Assembly: GCA_963693365.1 (NCBI GenBank)
Contig: CAVNZM010000016.1
Coordinates: forward strand, 5,200,543 to 5,264,542
Direction of reading: 5' to 3'
Length of the DNA stretch: 64,000 nucleotides
Origin: Amoebidium appalachense
Taxonomy: Eukaryota; Protista; Ichthyosporea
The notes under the pieces were generated by a model, which did no database searches, had not been told where the DNA came from, and worked only from the letters and a program-made list of their open reading frames with translations. Shown piece after piece: positions 39,788 through 53,800 of the stretch. The first letter of the stretch is position 1. Each line of letters opens with the position of its first letter. The translations under genes and the position numbers were made by a program.

Positions 39788-40817
39788 TTACACATACGGG
39801 TAGGAGACACCAAAAAACGATTACACCGCCAAGACATAATCATCTTTGCGTGTTTATAACACACAGCACCATGAATAAACGAATCTATGTAGGAACGAGA
39901 CGTTCTAACCGAAAAAAGAAACTAGTTATCAAACCATTCAAAAACCATCCTCCGAAGCCTTGTAATGATTCTCCTGCGTGAAGATCATCAGCCAGCGCTT
40001 CGCTACAATGGCAATATGATGTCTCGTACGTCTGTGACATGACATGTCGATCGATCATGGTACATACAGTAACTACAAAACGGACCGCCGACATCATGCG
40101 GCACATACTTATCGATCCAAGGACCCTGTCTGGGGCCCAGCCTCACTCGACGGCTTACTGCGTATTCCAGCGCAGCTAAAATTTTAAACCAGATTCTCCA
40201 GAAATGCCTAGGATGATAAACAGCACATTCTGTACATTCCGCCTTCCAGGCGGATTTTTTAGCCTGAAGTTCATTTCCAAGGAACCTTCGTATTGCTGTA
40301 GGTTTTTCTCACCGTCCGTTGTTACGACATGGCTCATCAGGATCCCTTACCGTGTGTGAGGGTCATTCTGCGTGCACACAACCGGGCCACTAGCCCGGGC
40401 CCGTAGCAGCTCGCACACGTGTCAAAATATCTGCACAAGTCATCATAGTCCTAGCCTGCTATCAGAAGTTCGCTTTATCTTCAACGGTTTGCATTCCTCT
40501 CTGTGTCTTCTGTTGTCCTCTGTGTCTTCTGTATTCTTCATGTCATAGGACGTACCTCGCGTGTCTGTGCTTCACACGGTATGTACTGCGTGTTAAAGGT
40601 GCCGTACAGTATCTGCCGTGTACGAAGGAATGATAATAAGGAATGTTGTTTATCTTTCGGTATGCGACTGGCTGGCCATCAAGGTATGTAACACGTTTCT
40701 CAATAGTCGATTCCGATTGGTCCTTTTGAGAACTAAATACTTGCCTTTAGCGTAGTGTTCTTTGATTTCGACAGGCAGAAACTGTATAATTATGTTTCCG
40801 TAGAGGAATTTTATAAA

Positions 40818-40862
<45 letters not shown>

Positions 40863-40908
40863 AAAAACACACACACACACACACACACACGTGTCACACA
40901 CACACACA

Positions 40909-40968
<60 letters not shown>

Positions 40969-41188
40969 AGCTGTGCTCAGTTTAAAAAGAATAGTTAATA
41001 TGATAGTGAGAAATATTTGTGAACCATGCCATGTTTATCGTGTGTGCACCATACAACTTTAGGGCCTGCGGCACCAGTTGCAGAGAAATACTTGAAAAAC
41101 TAACTAACATTAACCACCACCCCCCCCCCCCCCCTCCCCTCCCCCCCCCCCCTCCTCTGGGGAGGGGATTATTTATTAGGCCCTGTGA

Positions 41189-41219
<31 letters not shown>

Positions 41220-41775
41220 CTGCACACGCCGTGACACACACACAAAAAAAAATGGCTCCCCCCCGATGGCGATCTTACAAGATTAGGCAGGTCCGGCTCG
41301 ATATACTTGTAGTATTCGGTTTGACTTGTGTTTAACAATGACAAAGGCGTCTAATGCCGACTCACGCGTGCAAGTGCACGTGTACCATTTATGGCACCAC
41401 GGACCTCAAGTCGTTAACCAACCAGATCGTCTACGAGATTGCCAACCGGTACCGTTCCCAGCTGGCAGACAGCCACTCGAAGCTTGCACAGTGTTTTTGC
41501 CTTTATTTTTAGCCCTTCAACACCGTGAGTCCGTTACACGTTTTGTATACATATATATATAAACGCCCACTACACTGTTCTACCCTCACATTATATATAT
41601 ATTTACTGCAGGATTTTCTGTTCACCAAGTGTTCTGGAAACCCCCGGCCCAAGCCCGAAACTACAGCCTGCTGTCAGAGTCAGAGTGCGAAACCCATGTT
41701 CGGTTGGGCATCTTCTTAGCGACGTGACTGCTCGACCTTACCTTTGTGCTCCTACTTTGTGACATCCTTGGCAAC

Positions 41776-42614
41776 ATGGCACGCCTTCACGTTAGCCCCA
41801 TTCCATACAACTGGAAGGAGGGAGAACTTACGGGCTTCTTTTCTGCGTATGGGATACCCAAGAACATCATTGTCAAGGATGGCTTCGGTAGGTGGCAAAA
41901 GTTTCGCAACATTGTTTCACACACAATTGCTGAACGTTATTTGATTGGGGTTGACGAAATCACCTCTCTCAGGACCAGCCCAGTCCTTACCCTGTGTTAA
42001 CATCATCTAAGTCATTCAGCATTTCTCGACAACATCCTTGTTCTAAATTGGCTAACCTTACTTTGGCCCCCCTCCCCCATCGCAATATACCCTCACTCCT
42101 TGCCCTTTTAACAGCTCCCTAACCCCAAGCTCCATCCCCTTGAAAGCAACTACTAGGCTCCCACAATGTCATTCCACCTGCCCAAAAATAAAAGTTGTTG
42201 TCTTGCCCGTTAACTTAATATGATGTCACCCCAACTACCGAAGTCTTTGCATTCGTTCATCTTTTTCATCCACACACGATTTTTTTCGCACCAGGGTTCT
42301 CCCCCTCTCACCACAACTATCCGGTGTCACGACCACCAACCCCACCGTCTCCCCCCTCCACCCCCCCCCCCTGCCCTCCTCCTTCCCTCTTCCATCTCAC
42401 CTCCTCCCATCATGCATATGACCTCTCCCTTCCCTTCGTTCCCCCCGCCACATTACCTCACCAACACATACACACACACAGACACACACACACACACAAA
42501 CACACACAAACCCTACCATTCGCATCTCACCTGCTCCCGACTCTCACTCCCTCTCCAGTCCTCCCCCCCCTAAGGGCCCATCGCGCTGCCCTTCCTCCCT
42601 CCCCCCCCCCCCCT

Positions 42615-42648
<34 letters not shown>

Positions 42649-44192
42649 GGGTTTGTTGAGTATGACACTATCGAGGAGACCAAGCTGGCCCAGAAGGAGC
42701 TGCAGGACAGAGACCTCGGCCGGGGCCCAGCCAGCATCACCATCATCCGCCAGCCTGAGCCTTGTACGTGTTTCTGGGGGTTTCTGGGTGTTTCTGTACC
42801 TTTCTGGAAGCCTGTGGGTTCTGACCGTGTTATCTGAACCTGACTTTACTATCCATTCCTCCTCCCCTCCCCCCCCCCCCTCCCCCCGGGCCCTGCCATC
42901 CTTTCTGCCCATCGACTCTCACCCGTCTCCTACCGCTGACCCCTCTCATCGTTGCGGGTGGTGGGACGGGGTGGAGAGAGGGGAGGGAGGTGGGGCGGAG
43001 GGGGGCCTACCCCATGATGATCGACACAGAATACAAGCAGGGTCGTATGCTTTCAGATCTCTTGCCTGTTTTACCCTGCCCGATTCCCCCCCCCCCCCCC
43101 CTCCCCCCCCCCCCCCCCCCCCAAAAAAAAAAAACAACACACCCACGCGGACAAAAAAATGATCATAAAACCAACAATAATGATAATATTGACAATATCA
43201 ATAACAACACCACCCCCAAACTGTTACATACAACACACATCAAATCCCCTGTGTGTTGCACTGCCACTTTGAATATGTACCAGGCGGGCTTCTGACGGTG
43301 GGTGTTTGCAGACAAGCAGGTCGAGAAGCGCAGGCATGAGAGTCCCGAAGCAAGAACGGATCGTGAGGTGTGCATCCCCCCCCCCCCCCCCCCCCCCCCA
43401 CCGCTCCCCGCCGCCGCCTTTACATATTCTTGCAGGGAAATCCAATATTCTTCTGTTACAGTATCCTTCCCTGCCCTCCTCCCCTCCGGCTCCCTTTCCT
43501 GAGACACATTGCCCTTCCCCTTTGCCTCAGTCACGCATCCCCCCCCCCCCCCCCCCGACCCACCCTCACCCCTCTCCGCACCACTCCCACCCGATCTCCC
43601 GGCTCCCCGAAGCTCATTTCCATTTCTTTTGTGGGCCCACTGGCTCTTCTTGTATGTTCTGTGCAACTTTGTTCGTTTTCTCGTTATCCATGTGTGTACC
43701 TTACACACGGGCCCCTATGGGTCTGTCCGTTCTCTATTCGTAAAGAAAGCCCTCCCTGGTAGAATCCACATCTTGCTCCATCGTCCCCCCTATTCTCCCC
43801 CCCCCCCCCCCCCCCCCAACACACACACCCACACCAACACCCACATCCACCCATCCCCCCCCCCCCCCCCCCCCCCCCCCCCCGATCCGCCTGCTTCCCC
43901 CCCCCCCCCCCCCCTTCCCCCCCCCCCCCCCCCCCCCCCGCCTTCCCTCCGCGACGCCGCCTCTTCCCAGCTATGACATCCACCTCCCACCTGCCCCCTC
44001 CCCACCTACCCTAACCCTTCTGGTCTTTCCCCCCTCCCCTTCCCTTCCCTTCCCTTCTTCCATTTCTGGTTGAGGATAACACCGTGAGGGACGGTGGGAG
44101 GGACCAAGTAGGGAGAACCGGTTGGGTGAATGGTTGGGACTAGGTGTATGGTGTATGGACACACACACACACACTGTTGAAGCTCGCGCGCG

Positions 44193-44243
<51 letters not shown>

Positions 44244-45675
44244 GGCACACACACATATGGCACACACACATATGGCACACACACACACACACAGACACAC
44301 ACACACCATCTCCCCCCTCCCTCCGCCTTCCCTCTCTTCTAATTCCCTCTCTCTGTCTTCCAAGGTAGATATCTCCCCCTCCCTCTTTCCCCCCTGCCCC
44401 CCCCCCCCCCCCCCCCCCCCACACACACACATACACACGCACACACACAAACACACACATACACTTGCGCACACACAGCCTAACCACTGACTGTCATCCC
44501 CACAGCTCCGGATGGAAAAGGCAGCCAAGGAGATACTCGAATGTGTGGGGGAGGACCCGGACAGGGAGGGTATGTCATAATACTCCCCTCCTCCCCCCTC
44601 CCCTCTCTCCCCTCCCCCCGTCCCCCTTCCCCCGCCCCCCCCTTGCCCCGGCCTCCCCCCCCCTCCCCACACACACACACTCACACACACAACCACACAA
44701 ACCCCCCCTCGATAACCACCACACCTATATACCCACCTCCCACCTAATCCATCCCCAATTTCGGCATTGTTTGCATCTGTTACTATAATGCACCGTTTTT
44801 GCCTTTTTATTCTCCATACGATGGACAGCCTTTTGACCCCTCCACCCCCCCACTCCCAAACACCACCATCACCCCATCCACTCACAAACACAGCCTCCTC
44901 TTCCCCTTCCTCCCCTGCTCCTTTATCCCCTCCCGGACTCGCCGAAAGACACACACACACACACCGTCCACACACACACACACACACGCCCCTCATTTCC
45001 TACTCTTCCTTCTCCCTCTCTCTCCCCCCATGTCTCTGTTACTGACACTGACCACGTGCATGCTTCAGGCCTCCTCAAAACACCTCTGCGCATGGCCCAG
45101 GCTATGCTCTTCTTCACCAAGGGCTACCAGCAGACACCGGCCGGTATTTATCTGCCCCCCCCCCCCCCCCCCCCCCCCTCTCCCTGCACATTCTTTGTGC
45201 TTGCTTTGCACACTTGGATTGTTGTCCGTCGTGAATGTGTACTTCATTCACTCCAACACATTCTGACCTCCCCCGAACCCCCCCACCACCACCCCGCGCG
45301 CCTTGGCCCTGCCCCCGCCCCCGGCTTCAGGCTGACTGGGTAGTGTATAAGCTGGATGGGTTACATGTATGTATAGTGTTTAGAGTTCTTGGTTTGAATG
45401 TTTCGGCATGAGGGGCTGTGTGTATGTTTATGGCATGTGGTTCGTGAAATAAAGGGCAAAGGTTGGAGGAGCAATGAAGGCTACATATCAGGATTTATTC
45501 AATTGATTAGCACACATGTGCAGGTGGGTTTCACACATGGGCCGAGACACACGTGAACACGTACACCGTGCCTCGCTCGCATCCGCACACCCATACAAAC
45601 GGACACACATGCACGGCCATGTCACACACACGTATGCAGACTTACACACACACACACACTGTTACGTATGCAGAC

Positions 45676-45709
<34 letters not shown>

Positions 45710-46714
45710 ACACACACGCACACGTACATACACACACACACACGAACACGCACACGTACACGTACACTCTGACTGGCACGTGCACGTATGCAGAGGTGAT
45801 GAACGGTGCCGTGTTCGAGGAGGACCATGACGACATGGTGATTGTGAGGGACATTGAGATCTTCTCCATGTGCGAGCACCACATGGTCCCCTTCACCGGC
45901 AAGGTGTGTGTGTGTGTGTGTGTGTCGGGCCGTGTGGACGTGTGGGGGTGTGCGTGTGGGTGTGTACTAGTATGTGGATGGGCGGGTGAGTGGACTCCAG
46001 TGCGTGCGTGTAGAGTCTGTGTGTGTTACCTTCTGTGTGTGTGTTTGCGTGTGTGTATGTGTGTGCTTGCTACACATAAGTGTGTCGGTCGGTGGGCGGG
46101 TGGGTAGGGTAGATGGTGGTTGTTGGGTGTCGGTGGTGGGTATGGGAATTCGCTTGGAGAATGTATATAACGTCCCTCCCCCCCCCCCCCCCCCCCTCCC
46201 CCCCCTCCCCTCCCCCTGCCGCGGCTTTGCACCGCTCTCCTTCTAAGAATGGGCACTACTGATGTTGCATGAAGTTATCCCTGTATAGATTTGTAGTTGC
46301 TACCAGCATTTTCAAAACCCCTCCCTTGTCCCCCAGATCCACATTGGCTACATCCCCTACAAGAAGGTGCTTGGTCTGAGCAAGGTGGCCCGCATTGCTG
46401 AGATTTACAGCCGCAGGCTCCAGGTTCAGGTATGTAGGGCGTCCCCTAAAGAATATATTTATTAAGCCCCCTGAAAATATCTATATTACACCCCCCTCAA
46501 GAATATCTATGAAACCCCCTGAAAAACATCCATAAACAACCAAAACACATCCCAATGCGGTCCCCATGATGATAAGCTCGGGTTAATCATCTATCGCCTG
46601 CATACATCTTTTGGAGTCTCTTTTTCTTTTTGTCTTTGTTTCTCTTTATAGCCGTCGGCTGTGCCGTGCTTCTTCCTTCGCTGTCCCCAACTTTCAACAC
46701 ATACTTATCCCCCT

Positions 46715-46746
<32 letters not shown>

Positions 46747-47059
46747 ACATCTGCATTATTTTGTCCGTTGTGAGTGTGTGCTTTGTACTCTTGTGACAAA
46801 TTGTAACCACTCCCTCCCCCCTTCACCTCTAGCCAACTGTTTCTGCTGTTCTCGACACCTTTGCCCACCCTCCTGTGTGTCCGTTTCTTGCATAAATCAC
46901 TCTGTATGTGCAGTGTCCTACATTGTTTGGCCTTCGTACTTCGTACTTTGTACCGTGTTTTAGGCCCCCCCATCCCCCCTCTCTCTCCCCCTCCGCGTGC
47001 CCATACGAGTATACCGGTCCCTCGATGTGTAGATCTTGAGCAAGCACAGCAATTACGCT

Positions 47060-47091
<32 letters not shown>

Positions 47092-47616
47092 TCGCAATCT
47101 GCTCTATAAACTATGTACGGAGTTCTGTTTTCCCCCTTCCAGGATGGGCTCTGCTTATGATCCATTCTCTGTGTGCTTTGCATTCTGCATTGTGTTCCCC
47201 GTCATGACTGTGTACTGATTACTCTTTTTACCCCCCCCCTCCCCCCTCCCCCCCCCCCCCCCCGGTGCTCTGCTTATTATGCATAATCCTTGTGTAATCT
47301 GTACTCTGCTTTATTTTTTCCGTTATGAACGTGTACAACGTCCTCTATAACCCCCGGATCTGCTCTGGACCACGTCCGGATTCTTAACCTTCTTCCCGTG
47401 CAGGAGCGATTGACCAAGCAAATTGCTTGTGCACTGATGGACACGGTGGAGCCCCGGGGTGTGGCCGTGGTCATGGAGGCAGCGTAAGTGTGTGTGTGTG
47501 TCACGGTCTGCGTGCCTGTACGTGTACGTGTGTGTGTGTGTGGATACGTGTATGTTGTGCTGGGTGTACGAGAGTGGGCATACGTGTGTGTACATCCCCC
47601 CCCCCTCCCCCCCCCT

Positions 47617-47659
<43 letters not shown>

Positions 47660-47902
47660 ATTCTCTCTCTTTCTGCCTGTGTGTGTGTGTGTGTGCATAT
47701 CTGTCTGTCTGTGTGTGTGTGTATGTATGTATGCACACGTGTGTATGCGTGTGTGGGTGTGGGTGTATCTGTGTGCAGGCGTGTATTCCCCCCCTCCCCC
47801 CACCTTCAATCCCCGCAAGTTGCCTGTGTCCTCGGCACTTCTTTCCTTTAAGTTAATAGCACCGGCTTGGTTCTCCGTCCACTTCGGGCCCCTTCACATA
47901 CA

Positions 47903-47947
<45 letters not shown>

Positions 47948-48121
47948 CCCTTGCCCCCCGGGTGTCGTGTGCTTTTGTGCTCCGTTTGATTGGTTTCAAT
48001 CAAACCATGCCCTTCTTTCCCCCCCCCCCCCCCCCCCCCCCCCTCCCCCCTTTCCCTCCGTGGCACACACACATGCACACATGCGCACACACGCACACGC
48101 ACGCACACACGCGCGCACACA

Positions 48122-48165
<44 letters not shown>

Positions 48166-48300
48166 CACATGTGCATGGTGATGCGTGGAGTGCAGAAACC
48201 CCACGCCTCCACCACCACCAGCGTCATGCTTGGAGAATTCCGTGAGAGCAACAAGACCAGAGAGGAATTCCTGTCTCTGGTCAACCGCCCCTCCGCTTAG
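41776..48300 (+). CDS. GCH1: GTP cyclohydrolase I with a fused N-terminal RRM, 279 aa, 9 exons: 41776-41887, 42650-42763, 43312-43367, 44506-44569, 45069-45143, 45794-45903, 46337-46429, 47404-47483, 48165-48300
   Basis: GT-AG junctions with phases 1,1,0,1,1,0,0,2 give an 840-nt ORF. GCH1 core: [70 protein letters not shown], with the zinc ligands intact. Exons 1-2 encode an RRM with RNP2-like LHVSPI and RNP1 KDGFGFVEY. The GCH1 core is near certain; the fusion is inferred from splice-phase consistency. Confidence 0.9.
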
Positions 48301-48616
48301 GTAAACGACAGAAAGACTGGAAAATCCGGAAAATGCAATGGTAGATGTTGATGAATATGGCCAGTGTTGTGGATGTTATTTGGATTTAACCGGAAACTCT
48401 TGAATTGAACACTGCAAACATTTATATCAAGACTTCATTATATTTTACATTTAACGCTTTATGGTGGATTGATCATTCGGTTATTTTGTTTTATTAGTGG
48501 ATTAGTGTGCCATAACACAATGGATGTAAAGGGGAAAGGGGAGAGGGGGGGTACATATGTTTAAATGTGTGCACTATGTAGAGAGTGCATTCAGGGTGGC
48601 TACTGTGGAAGGACGT

Positions 48617-48669
48617 AGCTCCCTTAGGCAGTGCCTCCGGGAGTGAAACGGGATAAAATAAAATAAAAA
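48617..48669 (+). mobile_element. 3' stem-loop plus A-rich tail of a SINE/LINE-like element (copy 2)
   Basis: agctcccttaggcagtgcctccgggagtgaaacgggataaaataaaataaaaa, homologous to 2069-2123. Confidence 0.55.
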
Positions 48670-49273
48670 TTATTTGGCAGTATGTTTCGCTGGATGGCAT
48701 AAGCCTATTGAAGCCCGTTTGTAACTGACTACTCATAGGCCAAAGCCCACGTCTTATTAAAAGGTACCCGCTTGTTGACTGGGTAGCAGATCTAGAACTT
48801 AGATCTGTGAACAACAAAAAGCCCCCCCCCCCCCCCCCCCCCCCCCCAATTAACTTTTGGCCCCGATGAATATGTTGCATACATGCTACGCCTTGCTAGT
48901 GTTTGCATGCTCCAATCATTATTATGCTTGCCTTTGCATGTATACTCAGTCTGCAACGTGTTTCTCGTCGTGTTTCGTACTTTGTACCCTATTCCGCATT
49001 CTCCCCCCCTCCCCCCCCCCCCCTCCCCCCCCCCCCCCCCACCCTCTTCGCCACCATAACCTCCACCACATGATGTCTCGATCCTCGACAGCCTCCCGCT
49101 CCATCTACGTACGTATACGGTCTTGTTTAAATTTTCTTGGAAAACACTAAATTCCTGTTGACAGTTGTCTAGAGCTAGCTCCTGTTAGTATTTGAAGCCG
49201 ATTATGATGTCTTATTATAAGTCGTTCCCCGTCTCTTACTTTTGGCCTTCCCGGTTCTTCTTCTAATTCTTTA

Positions 49274-49319
<46 letters not shown>

Positions 49320-49743
49320 TTCTCCCCCCCCCCCCCCCCCCCTCCTCCCCCAGCCCACTCACGGTGCACCTACACATGTATATGCTGGCACATGCATGGT
49401 CACTGCCACACATGTTCTAGATCTACATGCAGTAGTACACTGCAATTGCCTGTCACAGTAACCGGGAGGCTCTTTTGTTGGTTTCTTGGTACAATATCAA
49501 TAAGAGCAAACTGTTCATGTTCGGCAGTACAGACACATGTCCACACACGGTACCATTTGTATCCATTGTTATTTATTTAAATAGACAGTGACAACTTACT
49601 CTGTTTATCTGTCGGAATGTGTTGCTCGTATACTATATGTAAAAAATAAAGTTAAAAACGTGGAAAAACGATCATGACAACTTCAAGCTCTGTTGAATCA
49701 GGTATATTCGAATTGTCAAAGTTGTTCCAGGCTGCTGCAGCAA

Positions 49744-49774
<31 letters not shown>

Positions 49775-50192
49775 ACACCACCACCACCACCACCACGGTT
49801 ACAGTACAGTAGCTCACCAGTGGGGTTCCGGCCGGTGTATGAAGGCTGGGGCTCTCACCACGCACAGACCACGTGCACCAAGTCTTAGAGCTCGAGGCAC
49901 CGTGTAGCATATATAGCCATACAAACATATACAAGTACTATAATATGTGTATAGTTGCATATATTTGCATATAAAAATATTAGCATATATTTGCATGTAT
50001 CATATGTTGCATATATTTGCATACTAGTATATTGCATATGTTTGCATATATTAGCATATGTTTGCATATTCCTACAAGTTGCGGGTGACCTTGAACTGAT
50101 ATTGCGAGTGTGATCATGAGCCGGTTCTGTTTGATTGCTTGAAACTAACGGCACCGATTACTGTACCATCCCCCCCCCCCCCCCCCCCCCCC

Positions 50193-50279
<87 letters not shown>

Positions 50280-50283
50280 GTGT

Positions 50284-50410
<127 letters not shown>

Positions 50411-50857
50411 ACAGTTCAGCATTTCCTTGCCGGCTGCGTCAGCTTCAGTGACCATATCTAGAGTAAGGACGAATGCAATTAGTTCATTTACAACAGGATT
50501 GCAGGGATATTTACTTAAATGAAAAGAACACTCTGAGACTCAAGAGTTCGCCCATACCGTAATGATTATCCTCTTTTATTCATATTATGTAGTAAACTGA
50601 GGATATTCAATATGAAACGAGATCAGTATACAACTGAAAAATATTGAAAGGGAAGAGGCATAATTGTGGAATTACTCTGATTAATGCTATAAGTTTAAGT
50701 TCGGGTTTGGCAGAGAAAGTGCTTTTAAAAAATAAATGAGTGATTTCGGAAGAGGAAAGACCGATGTCACCTCTCTCTTTCTCTCTCTCTCTCCCTCCCT
50801 TTCTCCCTCCCTCCCTCTCTCTCTTACTCTCCCTCCCTCCCCCCCCCCCCCCTCCCT

Positions 50858-50894
<37 letters not shown>

Positions 50895-50919
50895 ACACAC
50901 ACACACACACACACACACC

Positions 50920-51001
<82 letters not shown>

Positions 51002-51023
51002 CCATTCTGTGTGTCACGCCGTG

Positions 51024-51096
<73 letters not shown>

Positions 51097-51840
51097 TTGT
51101 CTGTGTTTCGGTGTGTTCACTAGTGGGGCTCGTTAGGGATTCTTGATTTTGAAACGGGGAGGGGGGGCGGGTAGTAGTTAGTTTGGGGGGGGGGGGGGGG
51201 GGGGAGGGAGCAGAGGGGACCACCTACCTCTCCGGCTAGTGTGTGTGTGTGTGTGAGGGGGGGGGGGGGACCCACAACCCACCTGAATAGGTGGTCCGCC
51301 CCCAGAGGCGGGGGGAGGGGGGGGGGGAGGGGGGAGGGGGGGGGGGGAGGGGGGGGGACCCACCCACCCCATTGGCTGCATCATGTATGACCATATCAGA
51401 TACCGATAACCTGATCATATGTAGCACTATGATTTAGCACGGTTTACATTCATTCCCAAAACGTAAACATTGAGGCTAACAAATATACTCTCCTCCCTCT
51501 CCCCCTCCCCCCCCCCCCCCCCCCCCCCCTTCCCCCCCCTTCCTTCCCCCTCCCTCGCACTCGTCTCGAGTCGCCCCACCGCGCACACACACACACTTTC
51601 ACACGTATCTATTTCACTACGGTACCTGCACATGCATGTACCACACATGCACGTCACCTGCACAAACCTTTTTGAACAGCGATGAGCACCCGACATGAAC
51701 ATGCAGGTACACTCACCACACTACACACCAATCACAATAAATTACCCACCACTGACACAGATACGCACAAGATTACTGCATAGTTTAATATCACGAGAAC
51801 GTTAACCCCAATAATTCATAGTTAGAAATAATTGACCGTC

Positions 51841-51909
<69 letters not shown>

Positions 51910-52291
51910 GTGGGTGTGTGTGCTTGCGTGCACATGTATTTTACTTGTGTAAATGAGCAGGGGGCAGGGGGGGGGGGGGGGAGGAGGTGAGTGCTGTGGA
52001 GGCGGGAGGAGGGGGGGGAGGGGAAGGGGTCGTCTGAAAATGCTATACCTAGGGCGACGGAGGTGAGTGGGGGGAGGTGAGTGAGGCGGGAGGGACCGCG
52101 GGAGGGGGGGGGGGGGGGGGGGTTAGAAGATGTTATGGAGCATATGGTACATATTTTGCCGCGGACAACACAAAGCAGACCTTGCAAAGAATACACAATG
52201 AGTATGCATCCGACAGAAGGAGAGTACCAGCACGAAGGAATGGGAAATATGTGCCTGTGTACACGGTGTGTGTGTGTACACGGTGTGTGTG

Positions 52292-52338
<47 letters not shown>

Positions 52339-52340
52339 AC

Positions 52341-52432
<92 letters not shown>

Positions 52433-52678
52433 CGCGTGCGTGTGCGTGTGTGTGTTTGTGTGTGCGTGTGTAGTGTGTGTGTGTGTGTGTATAAGGGGCC
52501 CCCGGGGGAAGGGGGGAGGGGGGGGGGAGGGGGGGGGGGGGGGGGGGGGACATATGCATCAGTGGCCCGAACGGAAGCAATTCCTCAAAAAAAAAAAAAA
52601 AAGTAACAAATACATGTACAACTTTGGTGGATGGAAAAGAGACTCTGGCCATGATCACGCCCAAGCGTGGTTGGAAGG

Positions 52679-52719
<41 letters not shown>

Positions 52720-52762
52720 TCCACACACCCCTGCGGCTGCCTTAGGGAGGGGGGGGGGGGGG

Positions 52763-53072
52763 TTGAATGCGGAACAGGGTACGAAGTACGCATACACGAA
52801 GGACACATGCAAAGGCAAACATTCAAGTATGCAACATCAGCCATGCGCACAGTATGCGTCATAAGCAGAGCCCATCCTCAGGGAGGGCCCAAGTCATCAA
52901 TTGCGTCTGAGTTTCGACCCCTTAGCCCGCGTATGTACAACTCTCCAACTCAGACAGCAGCATCAACTGATCTTGGGAGGGTCAACCCGTCTTGATCAAA
53001 GACGAGCAGGGTTGCTTATGCAAGCAAGGTGAGCAAAACGGTGAATATGTGTGTGCAAACTAATGCAGTGCA
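52763..53072 (-). repeat. Dispersed copy of structured repeat subfamily B
   Basis: Highly similar to 14889-15198 and flanked by G runs. Confidence 0.85.
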
Positions 53073-53399
53073 GGGGGGGGGGAGGAGGGGGGGGGGGGGT
53101 ACCACCAGCGCGGATGGCGATAGTAACTACCCCCCTCCCCCCCCCCCCCCATTTCAAATTCGAAAATCCCTTAGTGCGTGGCCAACACTAACCATGAAGC
53201 GGAGAACCTTTTATATCCATATGAGGAAAGTCGAACAAAGCTAGAAGCGGTACAAGAGTGCAGCATTCTAGACATAAAAAAATCTCTACACACAAGAACC
53301 TTTTTTCATGTTATCCTGGCGCCTACACTTTGAAGTGTTGCCGATGACTGTGGAATGTGGTCCCGAAGCCTTCCCTTTTTGCTCCCTTCTCGAGCCCCG

Positions 53400-53800
53400 G
53401 CCCAGGCTGCTTTGTCTGTCTTGAGGTACTCTAAAGCACGGTGACCCTAAAAGCTGTCTACTTTACGCGACGGAGTCACCTTATTTGACGTTTTAAGTCA
53501 TTTAGCATGGACAGACACGCTGCTTGTAAGGCCAACTGCTCCCCGCTCAGACCTGAAACAGTAGTCAAGGCACGAGCGAGCATGCAGATGTTGTTTAAAA
53601 CGAATGCAACCAGCCACTACCTTTATAACGCCTGTGAGGGGTAACAGCAGGCCCACACTAAGCTGCTGTTCTATTGCAACTTGCGAGGTTTATGGCTCAG
53701 AGCGGTAAAACCAGACTTAGACCTTGCCTATATCTGAGCCTCCTCTGCTGCCCCCCCCATTACAGGTTCACATGCCAAGCCAGCCTAGCATGCAATGGAT
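53400..53800 (+). pseudogene. Possible heavily decayed LINE RT remnant
   Basis: Fragments translate as GTLKHGDPKSCLLY (compare RGL.QGDPLS.LL) and LAWTDTLLV (compare .ADD.LL). No intact ORF; the resemblance is weak. Confidence 0.25.

Noticed and set aside
40066-40185. HDV-like ribozyme (cccagcctcactcgacggc resembles the HDV P2-P3-L3 sequence, followed later by gctaa)
   Set aside because: No 3' strand for P2 follows the putative J4/2 in either copy, and the putative P1 lacks the G1 pair.
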